The position numbers and the translations under genes are program-made. Below are positions 26,075-39,179 of a stretch of 64,000 nucleotides of DNA, piece after piece. The stretch's first letter is position 1, and each line of letters starts with the position of its first letter. The stretch is taken from contig JAQFVV010000008.1 of assembly GCA_028023455.1 (NCBI GenBank), forward strand, positions 14,508,001 through 14,572,000. Reading direction: 5' to 3'. The stretch is from Epiperipatus broadwayi (taxonomy: Eukaryota; Animalia; Onychophora). The notes under the pieces are model-generated. The model was not told the DNA's origin, did not search any database, and saw nothing but the letters and a program-made list of their open reading frames with translations.

Positions 26075-26539
26075 CTAAAACATACTATCATAAGCAAACA
26101 AAATAGTGAAATATGATAATTAGGATAGAGAAATGATTGAATTTTGAAATGCAGTGGGCAGTAATTACAAATTGAAAATATACAATATGATTTTAGCTGT
26201 AAACATTCTCATTATGTGACAATTTGTTGAATTGTACTGATACTTGAATTCTCTTATTGAATATTGTAAGGTATACCATTCTAAGGGCGAAGTTGCTAAT
26301 GACTAGTAATTGTGATATTGGTTTGTGGAATTTTTTATTTTTGAATGGCTGGTACTGCTGATACTTTAAGCTTTTCATTTTTGGTACTTTTGTAAAAGAT
26401 TTTTTTCTCAGCACTCATTGGATTTTTTTTTAATGCTTTTCGAATTATTGTTTCTCTGAAGAGGATTGATGTTTCAGAATTCAAAATCATAAAAGGTGAA
26501 CTCACATCTTAAACCTATCTACAATTTATTGTAACAGTA

Positions 26540-28560
26540 GCTGGGTTCAAACCCTGTTACAAGAAAGTGGAAAAGCACGTACACATTACCCTCAATACAG
26601 GTATATATTCAAGCTGTCGATAAAGGGTTAAAAATATATATAAAATTATACATATATACGTGCGTGAATTAAATTTTGAACTCTTTTTATTTTTTTATTT
26701 TTTATAAATAAATGGGGAAGGGATTGATTAGTAAGCATTGTTTATTTTAGAATGTTTTACTTTTAAAATATTACAAATTGACAAAATTACAGTTGCGTGC
26801 AAATATTTTATATATTGTTTAGGATTGTTTAAAATATTGATTTAAGTTTCAATTATATTTCAAATTAATGAGGGTAGCGAAAAAGAAATATTGTATATGC
26901 CTTCAAGCAATTCTGTGTTGTATCACAATCGTTAATTACTGCAAAAAGAAAAATTCCAAGAAAAGCCAAAGAATGTTTTGCCAAAAAGAAAAGATACCAG
27001 GACTGATGGCACCACCAAAACAATGGGAATGTAAAATAAAGAAGTAAAAGTAATTTGGAAAAGGAAAACGTATTCAAAGAAAAAGAACTAGATTGGAGAT
27101 CTGATAAAATTCCTTTTTCTGAGAAAGGACAATTAATTAGACAAAAATTAATTAATGAGAATTTGAGAAAAAGAAAAAGACAGTTATTCAGTTAGATTGT
27201 GACCGCTGAGCGAGAGAGACTCATAAAGATATATGGAAAAAAATGTTTAACATGACGGGGTAAGCACCATACATAAAGGGCTTCACCACTTGCAGCCGAT
27301 GCGAACTGACTCTAAACCGCCTGCCCGCAGACGAACCTAGGAACCTCATGAATACTCCGTATTGCTGAACATAGGGTGAAATAGAAGAGAATCGTGCGTC
27401 CAAAATATGAATTAATTCAATTTGAAAATTATATTATAGAAGACTTCAATTAAGGCTCATCCATTACTTATGGACATCTAAATATCAGACTTTACAGAAA
27501 GAAATTATATATTGTGCTTTCATAAGGCAAACATCGAATGCTACAAGATCACGGAACTCAACTTGATACGCTTCGTACTTCATTACACTCTGATCCCATA
27601 CCCCGGGGTTCGTCAGGTAATGTGAACTATATTTTTTTATATAACTCAGAATTGCTTATAGCTACCCTCGTAAAGACTTTCTTAAATTATTTCATAGCAT
27701 GAAATTATTGCATACAACTGTATACTAATTTTTTTTTCTTATATATAAATTAATGTGTTTGTTCTAAATTAAATATTTTATTCTTTCATTTATGATTTGG
27801 GAATTTATTATATATTTTAAATGGGAAGGATATGAATTGATTTTACATAGATTGTGTTTAGATATTAATAATAAAATTTAGTTCATATTTACCTTTGCGT
27901 TAAAGTTATTCAGTAATTATCGTTTACATTTTCCTATCACTTCACCTGCCAAATAAAATGCAAATGATTCAAATATGTCTGAGGTAAACAGATACGTTTA
28001 TGAGTGCATTATAGGTTACATACAAACCCATATTTTTTTGTTATTATCTCCGTTCATCCGATAGGTTTTCCTCCCCACCCTGGGAGTGAGCTAGCTTGGG
28101 TCAGGCACCTCGTTAATTGGGAAATATAATTCTCACCGTAATAGTTTGGCACTTGATGTCATCGATAAATTGACGCTCATAAATATATTCTCCCATAGAT
28201 ATTTTTTTATGTTTAGATTTTACTCAAGAGACAAGGGCTACCGGAAACTTTTATTCATTTATCTTAAATCCTATTTACGCAACACTTAAAAATTGCGTCA
28301 AGTAAATAATACTTGTATAAATAATTCGTATCAGAATTTTCTTTGGTAGGTAGTATTTAAATATTATCTACAGGTGTTATGGCGACTAGACAGCCATAGA
28401 AATTCCATCTAGTCTACGGTTTGGCTCACGTGTCCATTTCTTGAAATCTATATTATTTTGTTTAAGTTCACAAACGTCGGATAAGACGGAGAGAACGGGT
28501 GGCCGGTTACAAATTTATAAAGAGTGATTAATTGACGTTTTTAGAGAAAAGGAAGGAAAT
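26540..28560. promoter_or_regulatory. CpG-retaining region, possible bidirectional promoter
   Basis: Visibly more CpG than the flanks; DRE-like TCGATA at about 26617 and 28165; outward-facing donors GAGG|GTAATG (- strand, about 26590) and GG|GTAAGC (+ strand, 27260). Confidence 0.45.
27538..27616 (+). CDS. Candidate first coding exon (MLQDHGTQLDTLRTSLHSDPIPRGSS)
   Basis: ATG with upstream in-frame stop, acceptor tttacag at about 27497, strong donor TCAG|GTAATG; downstream exons not found. Confidence 0.3.
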
Positions 28561-29869
28561 TTTTTTTTACAATTTTATTTTTATTATTAATAATTATTAC
28601 AATTAATTTGGCATGACTTATTGCTTAGCAGAGAAAAATAATACTTTTAAGATAGAATAATTTTTTTTATAAATTGATGACTTCAATAATTGAACACAGC
28701 ATGAACATTAGATATTGTAAGACAAATGGAAGTTATAATTTTTTCTCCTTTTTTTAATACTAATTATAGAGAAAAATAAATAAATTTTTTTAACTAGATA
28801 TATACTTATAATATTAACTTACTATAATAAAATTAAGATAATTAGTTCTTTGGCTAATGTATATAAATTAAAAAAACAACTTATTAAGCAGTATATTTTT
28901 CTTTTACAGCCGTACATAATTGAAGCAATATATACACAAAATTTTGCAAAATATTGATTGCTTTAGCAATCTCATATAAACAAATATTAATGATTTTGAA
29001 ATAGTTTGTATATGATTTTAAAAATATCTCATGCCAATTATATTACATTATGTATTTTTTATTTTACATTTTGTGAACGTTGTCACATAATGAAGAAACT
29101 TTGCCTGGTTTCCCTCATATATGTTTTTTGTTGCCTGTTTAATGTGAGAAAGTCTTTGTCAGATGTATGTAAGTATTTTGAACTAATTTGAATATGATTT
29201 AATAAACAGCTTTTATATCAATGATCTACATTAAATTATGTATTTTCTGTTACTATATGATGGGATTCTCATATAATGAAGGAACTTTTTTTTTCATGTG
29301 TAGTTTTTTATTGTCAAAGATATAATGATTGATGGTGAATAAGTTAAAAACAAGTATGTGTTTTCAACTTAAAGAAAACTACAGTTGATCTGATATTCAT
29401 CATAATCATGTTTTTTTTTTTTGTATTATTTTTTCAGTTTTTTAATTATTATATCTAAATTTAATTATCTTACTCCATTCTGTCAAAACTTGAATTTTCA
29501 AAATTCAAGACCTTTTAAGGAAGTAATAACAATTTTTGATATTACAGATTTCTGTGAACTAACATATTCTAAATTAAACATATCAAATCAAAAATGTATT
29601 CACTAATGACTAATATTTAATGATTTTTTAAAAATAAGATCAACAAATATCAAACCTAATATTAGAAATATTTAATAATTATATTGTACATTACACATTT
29701 ATTGGTTTGTTTGTTTTTTTATGTGATTTTTTTAAATAAAATTTTTTTAATGAAACGGTAGTTATATTAATTATTTTTAATAATAATAAATTTGCAATTC
29801 TTTTCTTTTTTAGATTTTAGGTAATACTTTGTAATTAGGTAAGAATTAAATGAAGAAAGTTAACATGTG

Positions 29870-31470
29870 GCTGATTAGTCATATCCATTGATATAAAATA
29901 TAACTTTCCATGTCATCACATATACTTTAATCACATTAACAAAGATATCTGAAAAAGATAAATAATCCTTAAGATACATTTAATGCTGAACCTGCACTTT
30001 TCAGTTGGTGCCGGTCACAATCTTTCAAATTCCTTATTCTCGCTCAATATCAAATTACTACAATTTAATCTAATGGTGCCAAACTTCTTGCACTCACAAT
30101 TATGCACTATCCCCAAGATAAATACTTAATGATTAGTGTTAACTATTTGTTAGATATAAACTTTAATTAAAGATTAATATATTCATTAATATTCCAGTGT
30201 TCTTCAATCCTTGATCCGCGGACTGGTGCCGGGCTGCAGAAGTTTTTTACCGGTCCTCTTGTAGACTGTTGGGAAAGGTAATAACAAAATAATAAAAGTT
30301 TAAACTTTTAATTAATATAAACAATTTTTATTTATTTTTTCATCTCATTTTTACCCAATTAAAAAAAAAGAAACAGAACAAAAACAAAATCTAATCAATC
30401 ATACATAAATTAATTTGTTTTTCTAATTATCACAGATGTTTATGGAGGAGGGGGGGAGGTAGAATTAAATTTTTTATGACTTTTCTAAAAAAATTCAAAC
30501 AAAAAAGTTTTTATTATACAATTATATATATATATAACTGCATTTTGTATCTTTAACATTGTTGTTTTGATCAGTTATAACAATTGTGCTCATCTAAAGG
30601 ATATGCAGTTCACATCTTTAAGAAAATTTATTTATAGACTTCTGCTGGTCCGCAAAACCTTATCCTTATTTTTACCGGTCCGCAGGTGTGAAAAGGTTGA
30701 AGACCACTGAGCTAGACCATATGGAGTAATTAATTCAATTCCATAGCAGTTTTTCCCATATGTTATCTCTTGAATATACTTACATTTTCCATTTTGTCAT
30801 GTATACTTTATTCATATGAATAAAGATATCCGAAAAAGTTAAATGAGTCCCCAGGATGCATTTCATGCTAAAACAGCATTCATCAATTGGGTCAGATCAC
30901 ATTACAATTTCTCATATTTTTTATTATTTTTTCTTAATATCAAATTGTTATAATTTAAAATTGCCAAATCTCTAGCACTTACAACTATGATACACTCCTC
31001 CTACCCAACCCATGGATAAATGCATAATGATTATTATATAATGAAAATACATACAGAAGAGGTGAAAGGAAAAGAAAAAAAATTAGTAACAACTGAATTA
31101 TAATGATTATTAGTAATTATTAATTAGGTTAGAAATTTTCTAAATTCAAGTATAAACTTTAATTAAAGATTAATGTATCAATATTAAACACAACCACATA
31201 GAATGATTAATTTTACTGTTTCATATTTTTTTCATCCATAATTATTTAAATACACTTATAACTTTCCATTTTCTTACATATGCTTACATCACATGATTAA
31301 AGACATTTGAAGAAAAATAAAATGGGCTCCCAAGATGATTTCATGCTGAATTCTTCAGTTGGCCCAGGTTATAATGTTTCATATGTCTTAATCTGCTGTC
31401 CTTAATATTTATTAATATCAAATTATTACAAATTTAACTTAAAAGTTCAAACTTCCCACAATCACTACTA
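29870..31470 (-). mobile_element. Tandem array of three hammerhead-containing monomers (subfamily B), interrupted by a hAT MITE
   Basis: HHRs at 29967-30008, 30850-30891 and 31329-31362; shared blocks TAAAGATATCTGAAAAAG, AATATCAAATT..TGCCAAA, TATAAACTTTAATTAAAGATTAAT recur in register. Confidence 0.85.
30195..30709. mobile_element. hAT MITE (CAGTGGTCTTCAA family), short copy
   Basis: TIRs CAGTGTTCTTCAA / TTGAAGACCACTG; colinear with 23852-25054 minus the internal duplication; no TSD match. Confidence 0.85.
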
Positions 31471-31639
31471 TGGCATGTGAAAAGTTGTAACCAGGATTAA
31501 CTGAAGAGTACTGGAGATCACTTTTTGTTTTGAAATGTCTATATTTACATAATTAAATTATATGTGATGAAGTGGAAAATTATATTTAAGATGTTTCACA
31601 TAGAAAAAAAAAAGGAATAATTATTTTTTGTGATTGTGT

Positions 31640-31785
31640 TTAATATTAATAGATATATTTATCTTTAATTAAAATTTACATCTGGACTTAGATGTCAATT
31701 TTTAGTTTAATAAATGATTATTTGTATCTGGGGAAATGTAGTTGTGAGTACAATAAATTTGACACCTTTAGATTAAATTGTAATA
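31640..31785 (+). mobile_element. Inverted subfamily B monomer fragment
   Basis: Reverse complement of about 30060-30190 (TTAATTAAAGAT, CCCCA.GATA, CTCACAA, CAATTTAATCTAA). Confidence 0.7.
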
Positions 31786-32399
31786 TATAACAACTACAAA
31801 AAAAAGCATCTGCTATTCCTGAAAGAAGATTCTTTAATTCCTTTTGAAACCTTATAGGAACTAAGTAGGGTAAATTGTTAATGCCCATTTATTTTTGTCA
31901 TTGCAGCTCTTATTACTATGCTATTATTTTTATGGTAAATGAATATGCATAGGCTATTTACGTTATATATCAGTCAATGTGGGAAGTTTAATTTTTATGT
32001 TTAAGTTCAAGACTAAGAAACACCATGCTCTTCTTTCTCAGATACCAATAATTTTTAATAGGTATCAGATTTTATTAATGAAAGGATGAATGAGTCTATG
32101 AAAGCTGATCATCTTGTGTTTACAATCATTGTTGACAAAATAACTTGTGGTCCCTTTATCATGAAGACTATGAATTGCTTGTTAAGAACCTGAGCTGATA
32201 TTTAATGATAACTGACTATAGATCACTTTTAATTGAAGAAAGATTATATGAATGGAAGGACTATCATATTAAATTGGATATCGTTGGACTTTTTCAAATT
32301 TAAATATATATATATATAAATTTTTTTTTTTTACAATAATGCTTTTTTTGTAAACAGTATTAGCTGACTAAAAAGTAAAAAAAAATACTGAATCTCTAT

Positions 32400-35300
32400 T
32401 AATTTGTCATTTTTGGAAAATATCAGAGATATTAAAAATCTAGACTTGTTATAAAATAATTGGAAATTGCAATAATATTGGCAGTTCAAAAAGACATTTG
32501 AGGCTCTGAAATAAATCATAAAGTCAAAAAGGCCTTGAATGCTTTTTTGAAAAAACACTATTCCTGTAATTTCCAATTGTTTTATAACAAGTCTAGATGG
32601 ATATTTATATTAAAATTGGAAAATTATTAAAATATAAAAGAGTTGTTGATAAATTTGGATATGGATTTGTAAATGAAAGAATACATTGACTTAAGGAATA
32701 TATATAAAAAAAAAATCTATTATGAAAAATTTAGAAAAATCCAAAGCAGAAAATAATATGTAAACAACAGATGAAGGTACAATAGAAAGTAGAATAAATT
32801 TTAATCAAAGGAATGTTCTCGATAGATATAACACAGGAAGTGATAACTAAATAGTGTGCTAGAAAAACAAAAGCTATTAAAAAGATACAATATTAACATT
32901 TGTTATTCCTGATCTCCAAAAATATTCCAGCAAATTTAAACTAGAATTTGCAGATCATATTAAATATTAAAAGACTTTCATAGTGGCTTAAGCTTAAATG
33001 AATTCAATAAGGAGATAATTGGCACTGTATTAAGCACAGCTTCACAGACATCTGTTATAAAAAAACAGCAATTTACCTGTAAATTTTCAACAGACAATCC
33101 AATATATATTTAAAAAAAAAAGGAATATGAAAATATTTTTAAATGATTTTTTAGGATAATAAAATATTTGGAAATATGTGAAATAGTATGAAAAAGAGTT
33201 AAAAGTGTTAAAAGAAAATAAAACTGAAGAAGTAAAAAAAAACTATAGAAGATAAAAATGTTAATACAGCATCTTGTTGCTGGGAAGAAGTTATAAGAGC
33301 AGTAAGAAGTTGAATATCATGTAATGGGTGGAAAATTTCTACAAAGAATTATGTGATAACAGAAAAAAAAAAATCCTTCAATTACAATCAGTATTTTCTG
33401 TAATGCTATGAGACACAATCTATGAAAAGTGAAGAGAATTTCTTGTGAGAGGATTTATTATTGACATCTTAAAAATAAATGAAGAAATAAAGAAATTGAA
33501 AGTTATTAAATATTTAACCAAAAATATATTATGAAGAATGCAATAATCATATGGATCTTTAAAAAAAGATGGCAAAGAAAATATTAGAAATTACTGACGT
33601 CAATTCTCTACAGTATAATTACAACTCACAGATATCTTTGGACTCTAAACCATTCAAAAGAACAAGCTAAGTTTAAAAATAGTTTTTCACAAAAAGGACT
33701 AATAAGTGTAAGTTACTATTTTTTTTTTATTAAAGTAATGACTTTATTATTGTTACAAATGTATAAGAGGGATACATTGCTATAAAAGTAATTATAAAGA
33801 TTGTCCTCCAATGACTAAAAATAGTCTTGGCATCTTTCCTATGTCACGATTGTATTTTCATAAAAGTTCAACCTTGCAATCATTGCCCGTTCAGCTATTC
33901 TTTTGTTCATTAGCTAGTTGTTTTTGGATAAGTCTCAATCTAACATTTACATAGTTACTGTCATATTTGTCGGTGCCAGCTCTTCCTCTTTCCTATTTTA
34001 TTTATTTAGATTGATCATTTCCCATGTCAGCCTGAAGGTCATCTAGGGTGCATGAGTTGGTCATGAGTTTTTGTCTTGTTTAGTTTCTTCCTATAAGATT
34101 GGTATAGAGCCATGCTGTTAGGGTTGTACACTGCTTCACATCTTGTAAGCCACAGGTTGAAGTTACTATTATGCACTGAATTTACAGATTATGAAAAAGC
34201 ATTTGAGTCTAAGACAAATAATTTTTCAAATTATGAAGAACATTCATCAAATTGCAAGGCCAATGACCAATCTACTTGGTGATACTTTAAAAATTAGCTT
34301 TGGTAAGTGTGGATTTCATGATTTCAATCTCCAAAAACTTTTACAGCAGAAGGAAAAAATATTTGTGGTTTGTTTAGAAAAAGAAATGTATAGTTTAAAA
34401 AAATGAAAAAGTTTGGGGAGAAAAGAAGTAAATAAGTGTAGTGTATATATAATATAGTATATGTAAAAAATGTATTTATAAATTGTTTTTTTTTTTTTTT
34501 GTGATAGGGATAGATACATTTTTATGTTTTTATTTTGTTTTTAATTGTATTGATAATTGTAAAGATCTAAATATGTATTTTGTAGATCCTTGAAAATAAC
34601 TACAAATAAGGTGGTTGAAACATTGGATGTGGTAAACAAATAAATGTATATATATGATGATGGAAAAAATAGTTTTTTGGGGAAAAAAGGAGAGTATATA
34701 TATTTTTGATTATATTTTTTGATTGGATTTAGTGAAAAAGAGCATTATACTTTATAAGTTATATATATTTTTAAAGGGGAAAAGGTGTGTGCTGTTGGTA
34801 AAAAAGTTTTAATGGTGGTGATAAAAAGTAAAATATATTTTGAAATAAAATTAATAGAGATTACTTTAGATCATTTACAGATAATATGCTATTTTTTAAA
34901 ATAATGTATTGGAGCTTCAAGATCTATTGCAAGAGTTATTGGATAAAAGTAGAATTAAAAATAAATGTTAAAAAGACTATAGTAATGTTCAATTACTTCA
35001 TCAACAAATAATAAATTAGAAGTAGTTATAAACTTAAAATATTTTGGTCTAATTATCAATAACAGATTGTGTTAAAAATTAATAATAAAGTTAAACTGGA
35101 TGAAATATTTTTTAGTAAAAATAATTATTAAAAAAATGTCTATCTCTCTTTGAAAAGGAAGATTTTACATATGTATGTAATAGTATTTAAGTGAAGATAA
35201 TTCGTATATTTCATATTACGTGGTGAGAAGTGTATGTTCAGAAATACATGAAGAGTTGAAAAAAAAAATGAACAAACAAATTTCATTGTTATTATTATTA

Positions 35301-35850
35301 GAATTAAGTGGGTTGAAGTGGAAATGAATTGGAGAGATGACAGTTGAATTCTTAAATTAGATCCTACAAGATTTTAAAAAACCCAGAAGTAGATCACATG
35401 ATATTGTTGGATGTGATAAGGATTTTTTTTTTTTTTTAATGGGATGGAGGAGGAAAGCTATGAATTGGAGAAAATGAATTAAATTTGGAAAGATCTTTAT
35501 CCTGTGATAGATCAATAGTGATTGAAAATATTGAATAACATATTCAGGAATTCATATTTCATATCGCACAGTGAAAAGTATATTTTAGGAAATATAAGGA
35601 GATTAAAAGCAGAGTGAACAAACAACTATGATTTAAATTAAATAAATTGAAGTGGAATTGGGCTGGAAAGATGATAGCGGATTGGCAATTGAAATCTTAA
35701 ACTGGATACTGAAAGGTGGTTAAAGAACTAGAAATAGATCATATATGAGATGTATGTATAAAGTAAGGAAGTTTTCTGGAATGGGATGGAGAAGGAAGGT
35801 TATGAATTGAGAAAATGAATAAACGTGTAAAGATTTTCACTTTGTAATAG
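32400..35850 (+). mobile_element. Decayed RTE-clade LINE with an internal inverted segment and duplicated 3' end
   Basis: APE end VLDRYNTGSD at about 32815-32845; RT FTDYEKAFES at about 34190; minus-strand C-terminal piece 33780-34150; two tandem copies of the 3' end (about 35190-35500 and 35540-35850). Confidence 0.7.
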
Positions 35851-38800
35851 ATTAGTAATAATATGAATCCATGTTCTAAAGTAATTTTTAGATTAAATGA
35901 ATATTTTTTTTCAACTTTGTTCCCTTTTTAACAAAATTATTTATTAAGATTAGAGTATGTTTTTTTTTTTTTTAATGATATGATAGATATGATAAAATAG
36001 ATATAAATCTTCATGTTACCTTTAATCAAAACTATTAAATTCATTTATAATTTAGTATAGAATCTTTTTTTTCCCCTCTCTTGGGTTTTAATGTACAATA
36101 ATTTGAATTAAAAAGATAAGTCTAGCATGAGTATTAAAGATTATATTCAAAGTAGGTTTTTTTTCCAATTCATCTAAACATTTTTGTTCACTGTCACACT
36201 GCAACTGAACTTTGGTTCTATCAGTCAGTAATAGAGACATTAGATCTTTACATTAGTAGTTGGTGAATACAGAAACAGTTATCATTTATCTTATTCCAAT
36301 TAAAACAAATATAACCCTGTCATCATTCCTACATAAAACTGAAGATAACAACTCTCCCTAAAAAATTATATAAGAAAAAATTAAAGTTATATATATATAT
36401 CACTGCTGCCCAATTGTGATAGCAGTGATATTTTCTTAAGTTCTTAGAAATGTTTTTTCAGATAAATACTAACAAAATAAATATAGCTTTTGCAAAAATA
36501 ATTAAATCCCTCTCATATATATGGGTGGGTGTATGTCTTAAATTGTGCCATCAAGGTAAATAAGTAATATTTGATCATTATCAATAACATTTTATTATTT
36601 GTCATTTTCATATTTTATGCTTGCATCTTAATTTTGGAATTACAGAGTAGCTTATGTGTGCAGTTTATTAATTATAAAACCTGCACTGAACAATGTCAGA
36701 TTCTACATATTACTACCAAACTGATGTTTGAGTCATAATATCTACTTGAAAATTTTTTATTTTAAAATGTGATCCATTTTCCTTGAAAAAATGAACTCAT
36801 AAATTTAGATCCAGCGAACAGGAAATGACTGTCATTGGATGATATATTTAAACATACAAACCAATGGAAATAAAGTATGAATTTGCATATTCTTTTTTGT
36901 GGTTCATTCTTTTTTATTCTTTAAAAGAAAACAATGATTCTTAGTCCTTTTGATCTGTGGATATGGCTATCTAAAATCTCAAGAATAAGCACACAGCTTA
37001 GAATTAAACTTATGTTTTTGTTAATGTTTTCCACATCTATCTTCCAGATCTATGTATTGTGAATGAACTCTATAATTCTTGTATGAGATTAACCCAAGTG
37101 TATGTATTATTATATGCAACAAAGTGTTTATATATTAGTTTATGTTTACCCCTCAATGTTTTTTTAATTTTTAATAATTCATATAAAATATTTATTAAAT
37201 TTAATACTACATTTTGACTATAGTCAAACAGCCAGAAATATCTTTGAAAATTTATATAGGAAACAATCACTGAAAAGGGTCTCATAATACTTAACATGAC
37301 CTAGAGTCTACCATGTTTAACAGTAGGATAAAGATCTTGGGTTATTCTGAGTTACTGAAATGATTGTAAAAAAAACAACTAAGATTACTATATGATGTGA
37401 CTTCATTTACCTAGTCAGGAAACTATTAGAATCATAACATTAAATAAGTGATTATATTTAATAAAATAAATCAGTGAAATTGTTTGATAGTTAATATTTT
37501 TAAATGCTTATAATTCAGAGATCATCATTTTTTGTATATCTACTTATTATTTAATATATCCATTTTGTGTCAGAGTTTATAATTACAGAATCATAATGAA
37601 GAAATATTATAACTATAGTTAATTAGCAACTGAAAGTCATAATGTTATTTTTTCTGGAATAATAGAAAATATCATCACTGTGAAAAAGGTATTATATTAC
37701 AGATTAAGTGACTAGAAATTCAAAATGCTAGCTGGTGTGATTGAAATAGCAAATAAACATCACATGAATAGAGAGTTTTGCCTGTTTTTAATGACTGAAA
37801 TAGGCAAACTTTTATTCAATGCTGATGTAATTTATCAGGAAATAATTGAACAGAGACTATTTGTGAAATTAGATGAAGGCATAGTAATGATAATGGCTTA
37901 AGTTTGTAGTACTACAATAGCAATTAGCTTTATAAAGTTTGTTATATTTCAAGCAATTTATAACATAAGTCATGGGCTATGTTGACAAGATGATCACAGT
38001 GGAAGCAAAAAGATTATAATACTCATAATTGTATTAACTGGAAATTGCTTTACAGTAATCATAAGATCTATTGTAGCACATGTACATCTTTCACATGATT
38101 GGATTTAATGTAATTTCATATATTTTGTTACAATCTGCTTAAAAGCATTAGTTACATTTTTTAAAATTATTTTATTTCACTTTCAACTATTTTTTATTTA
38201 CTTATTGAAAGAAACATCAACAACAATGAATCTTAGTGAAATGCTGCTGTAATTTTAACAATATTAATTAAATTATTCTACCAGTCACCAGATTTCAGAG
38301 GGTAGAATTTCACAAAATCACTACATCAATATTAATTCACAATAATTCCATAGTTGCAAGTGCTTTCCTACATTTCTGTTCGAAAAAATCACATCAAGCA
38401 AATTTCTCACATTCTATTTAGAAGAAAATCTTAGAAATTTTACTTTACTAAAAGTAAAATAAATTTTAAGTAAAGTTTTTAGTATCACACTTAAGTAATT
38501 TGAATTATTTGGATTTTCTCACTTTTATAGAATGGCCTTTTTATTTTCCTGATGTGTACAGAGTATATTGTTTCTCTCTCCAAAGCCAAATAGTGTAATC
38601 AATCAAATTAAATAATACCACAATATAACATGACTATTATTGATGATACTTTGTCTTCTGCTTGCTTTTGTTTAATTTATTATCTCAATTTAAAATTTCA
38701 CTTTATGTTTTAAACTGCAATCATGTAGTGCTTGAACAATTGTGATGCTTCAGTAAATTACCTAACATTGGTTTAGTCAAGGGCCTACTTTATTGATGAC

Positions 38801-39179
38801 ATAATTAAATTAAAAATATTTCTTGCTACTAATTAAAGAATTGAACACTGGATTTATAGATAATGAGTATATATTAGTTGCATTGAACACTTGTAAATCT
38901 GTAGAAACAACTGGTTGCTTACATTAGATAGAATGTGAATCCATGTGAATGTTTATTCTACATGTGGCAATATTAGTAATTAACTTATCAACAAAATATA
39001 ACATATAAATTATTAACCTGTTAATTGAAATTCAAACCATCATTAAATCTTATCAAAATATTAAATGCAATGTCCTTTTTCATGTTACTACATATACAAC
39101 TTGTAATTTTAATCCAAACTCAAATAAACCAACTACCTCCATAAGCTATGGATAAATATTTATCCATTAACAAACAAGA

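Noticed and set aside
26531-26560. GTAACAG..GGGTTCAAACCC..CTGTTAC hairpin as a tRNA
   Set aside because: Only a T-arm-like piece; no D arm or A box
26615-26631. AAAGGGTTAA as a piggyBac end
   Set aside because: No matching second terminus in the window
27221-27403. GC-rich stretch as a known structural RNA (7SK, 7SL, RNase P/MRP) or as the listed 60-aa ORF
   Set aside because: No diagnostic conserved motifs recognised
29870-31470. Regularly recurring conserved motif as a CRISPR-like array
   Set aside because: Eukaryotic context, homologous rather than unique spacers of hundreds of bp, no cas genes
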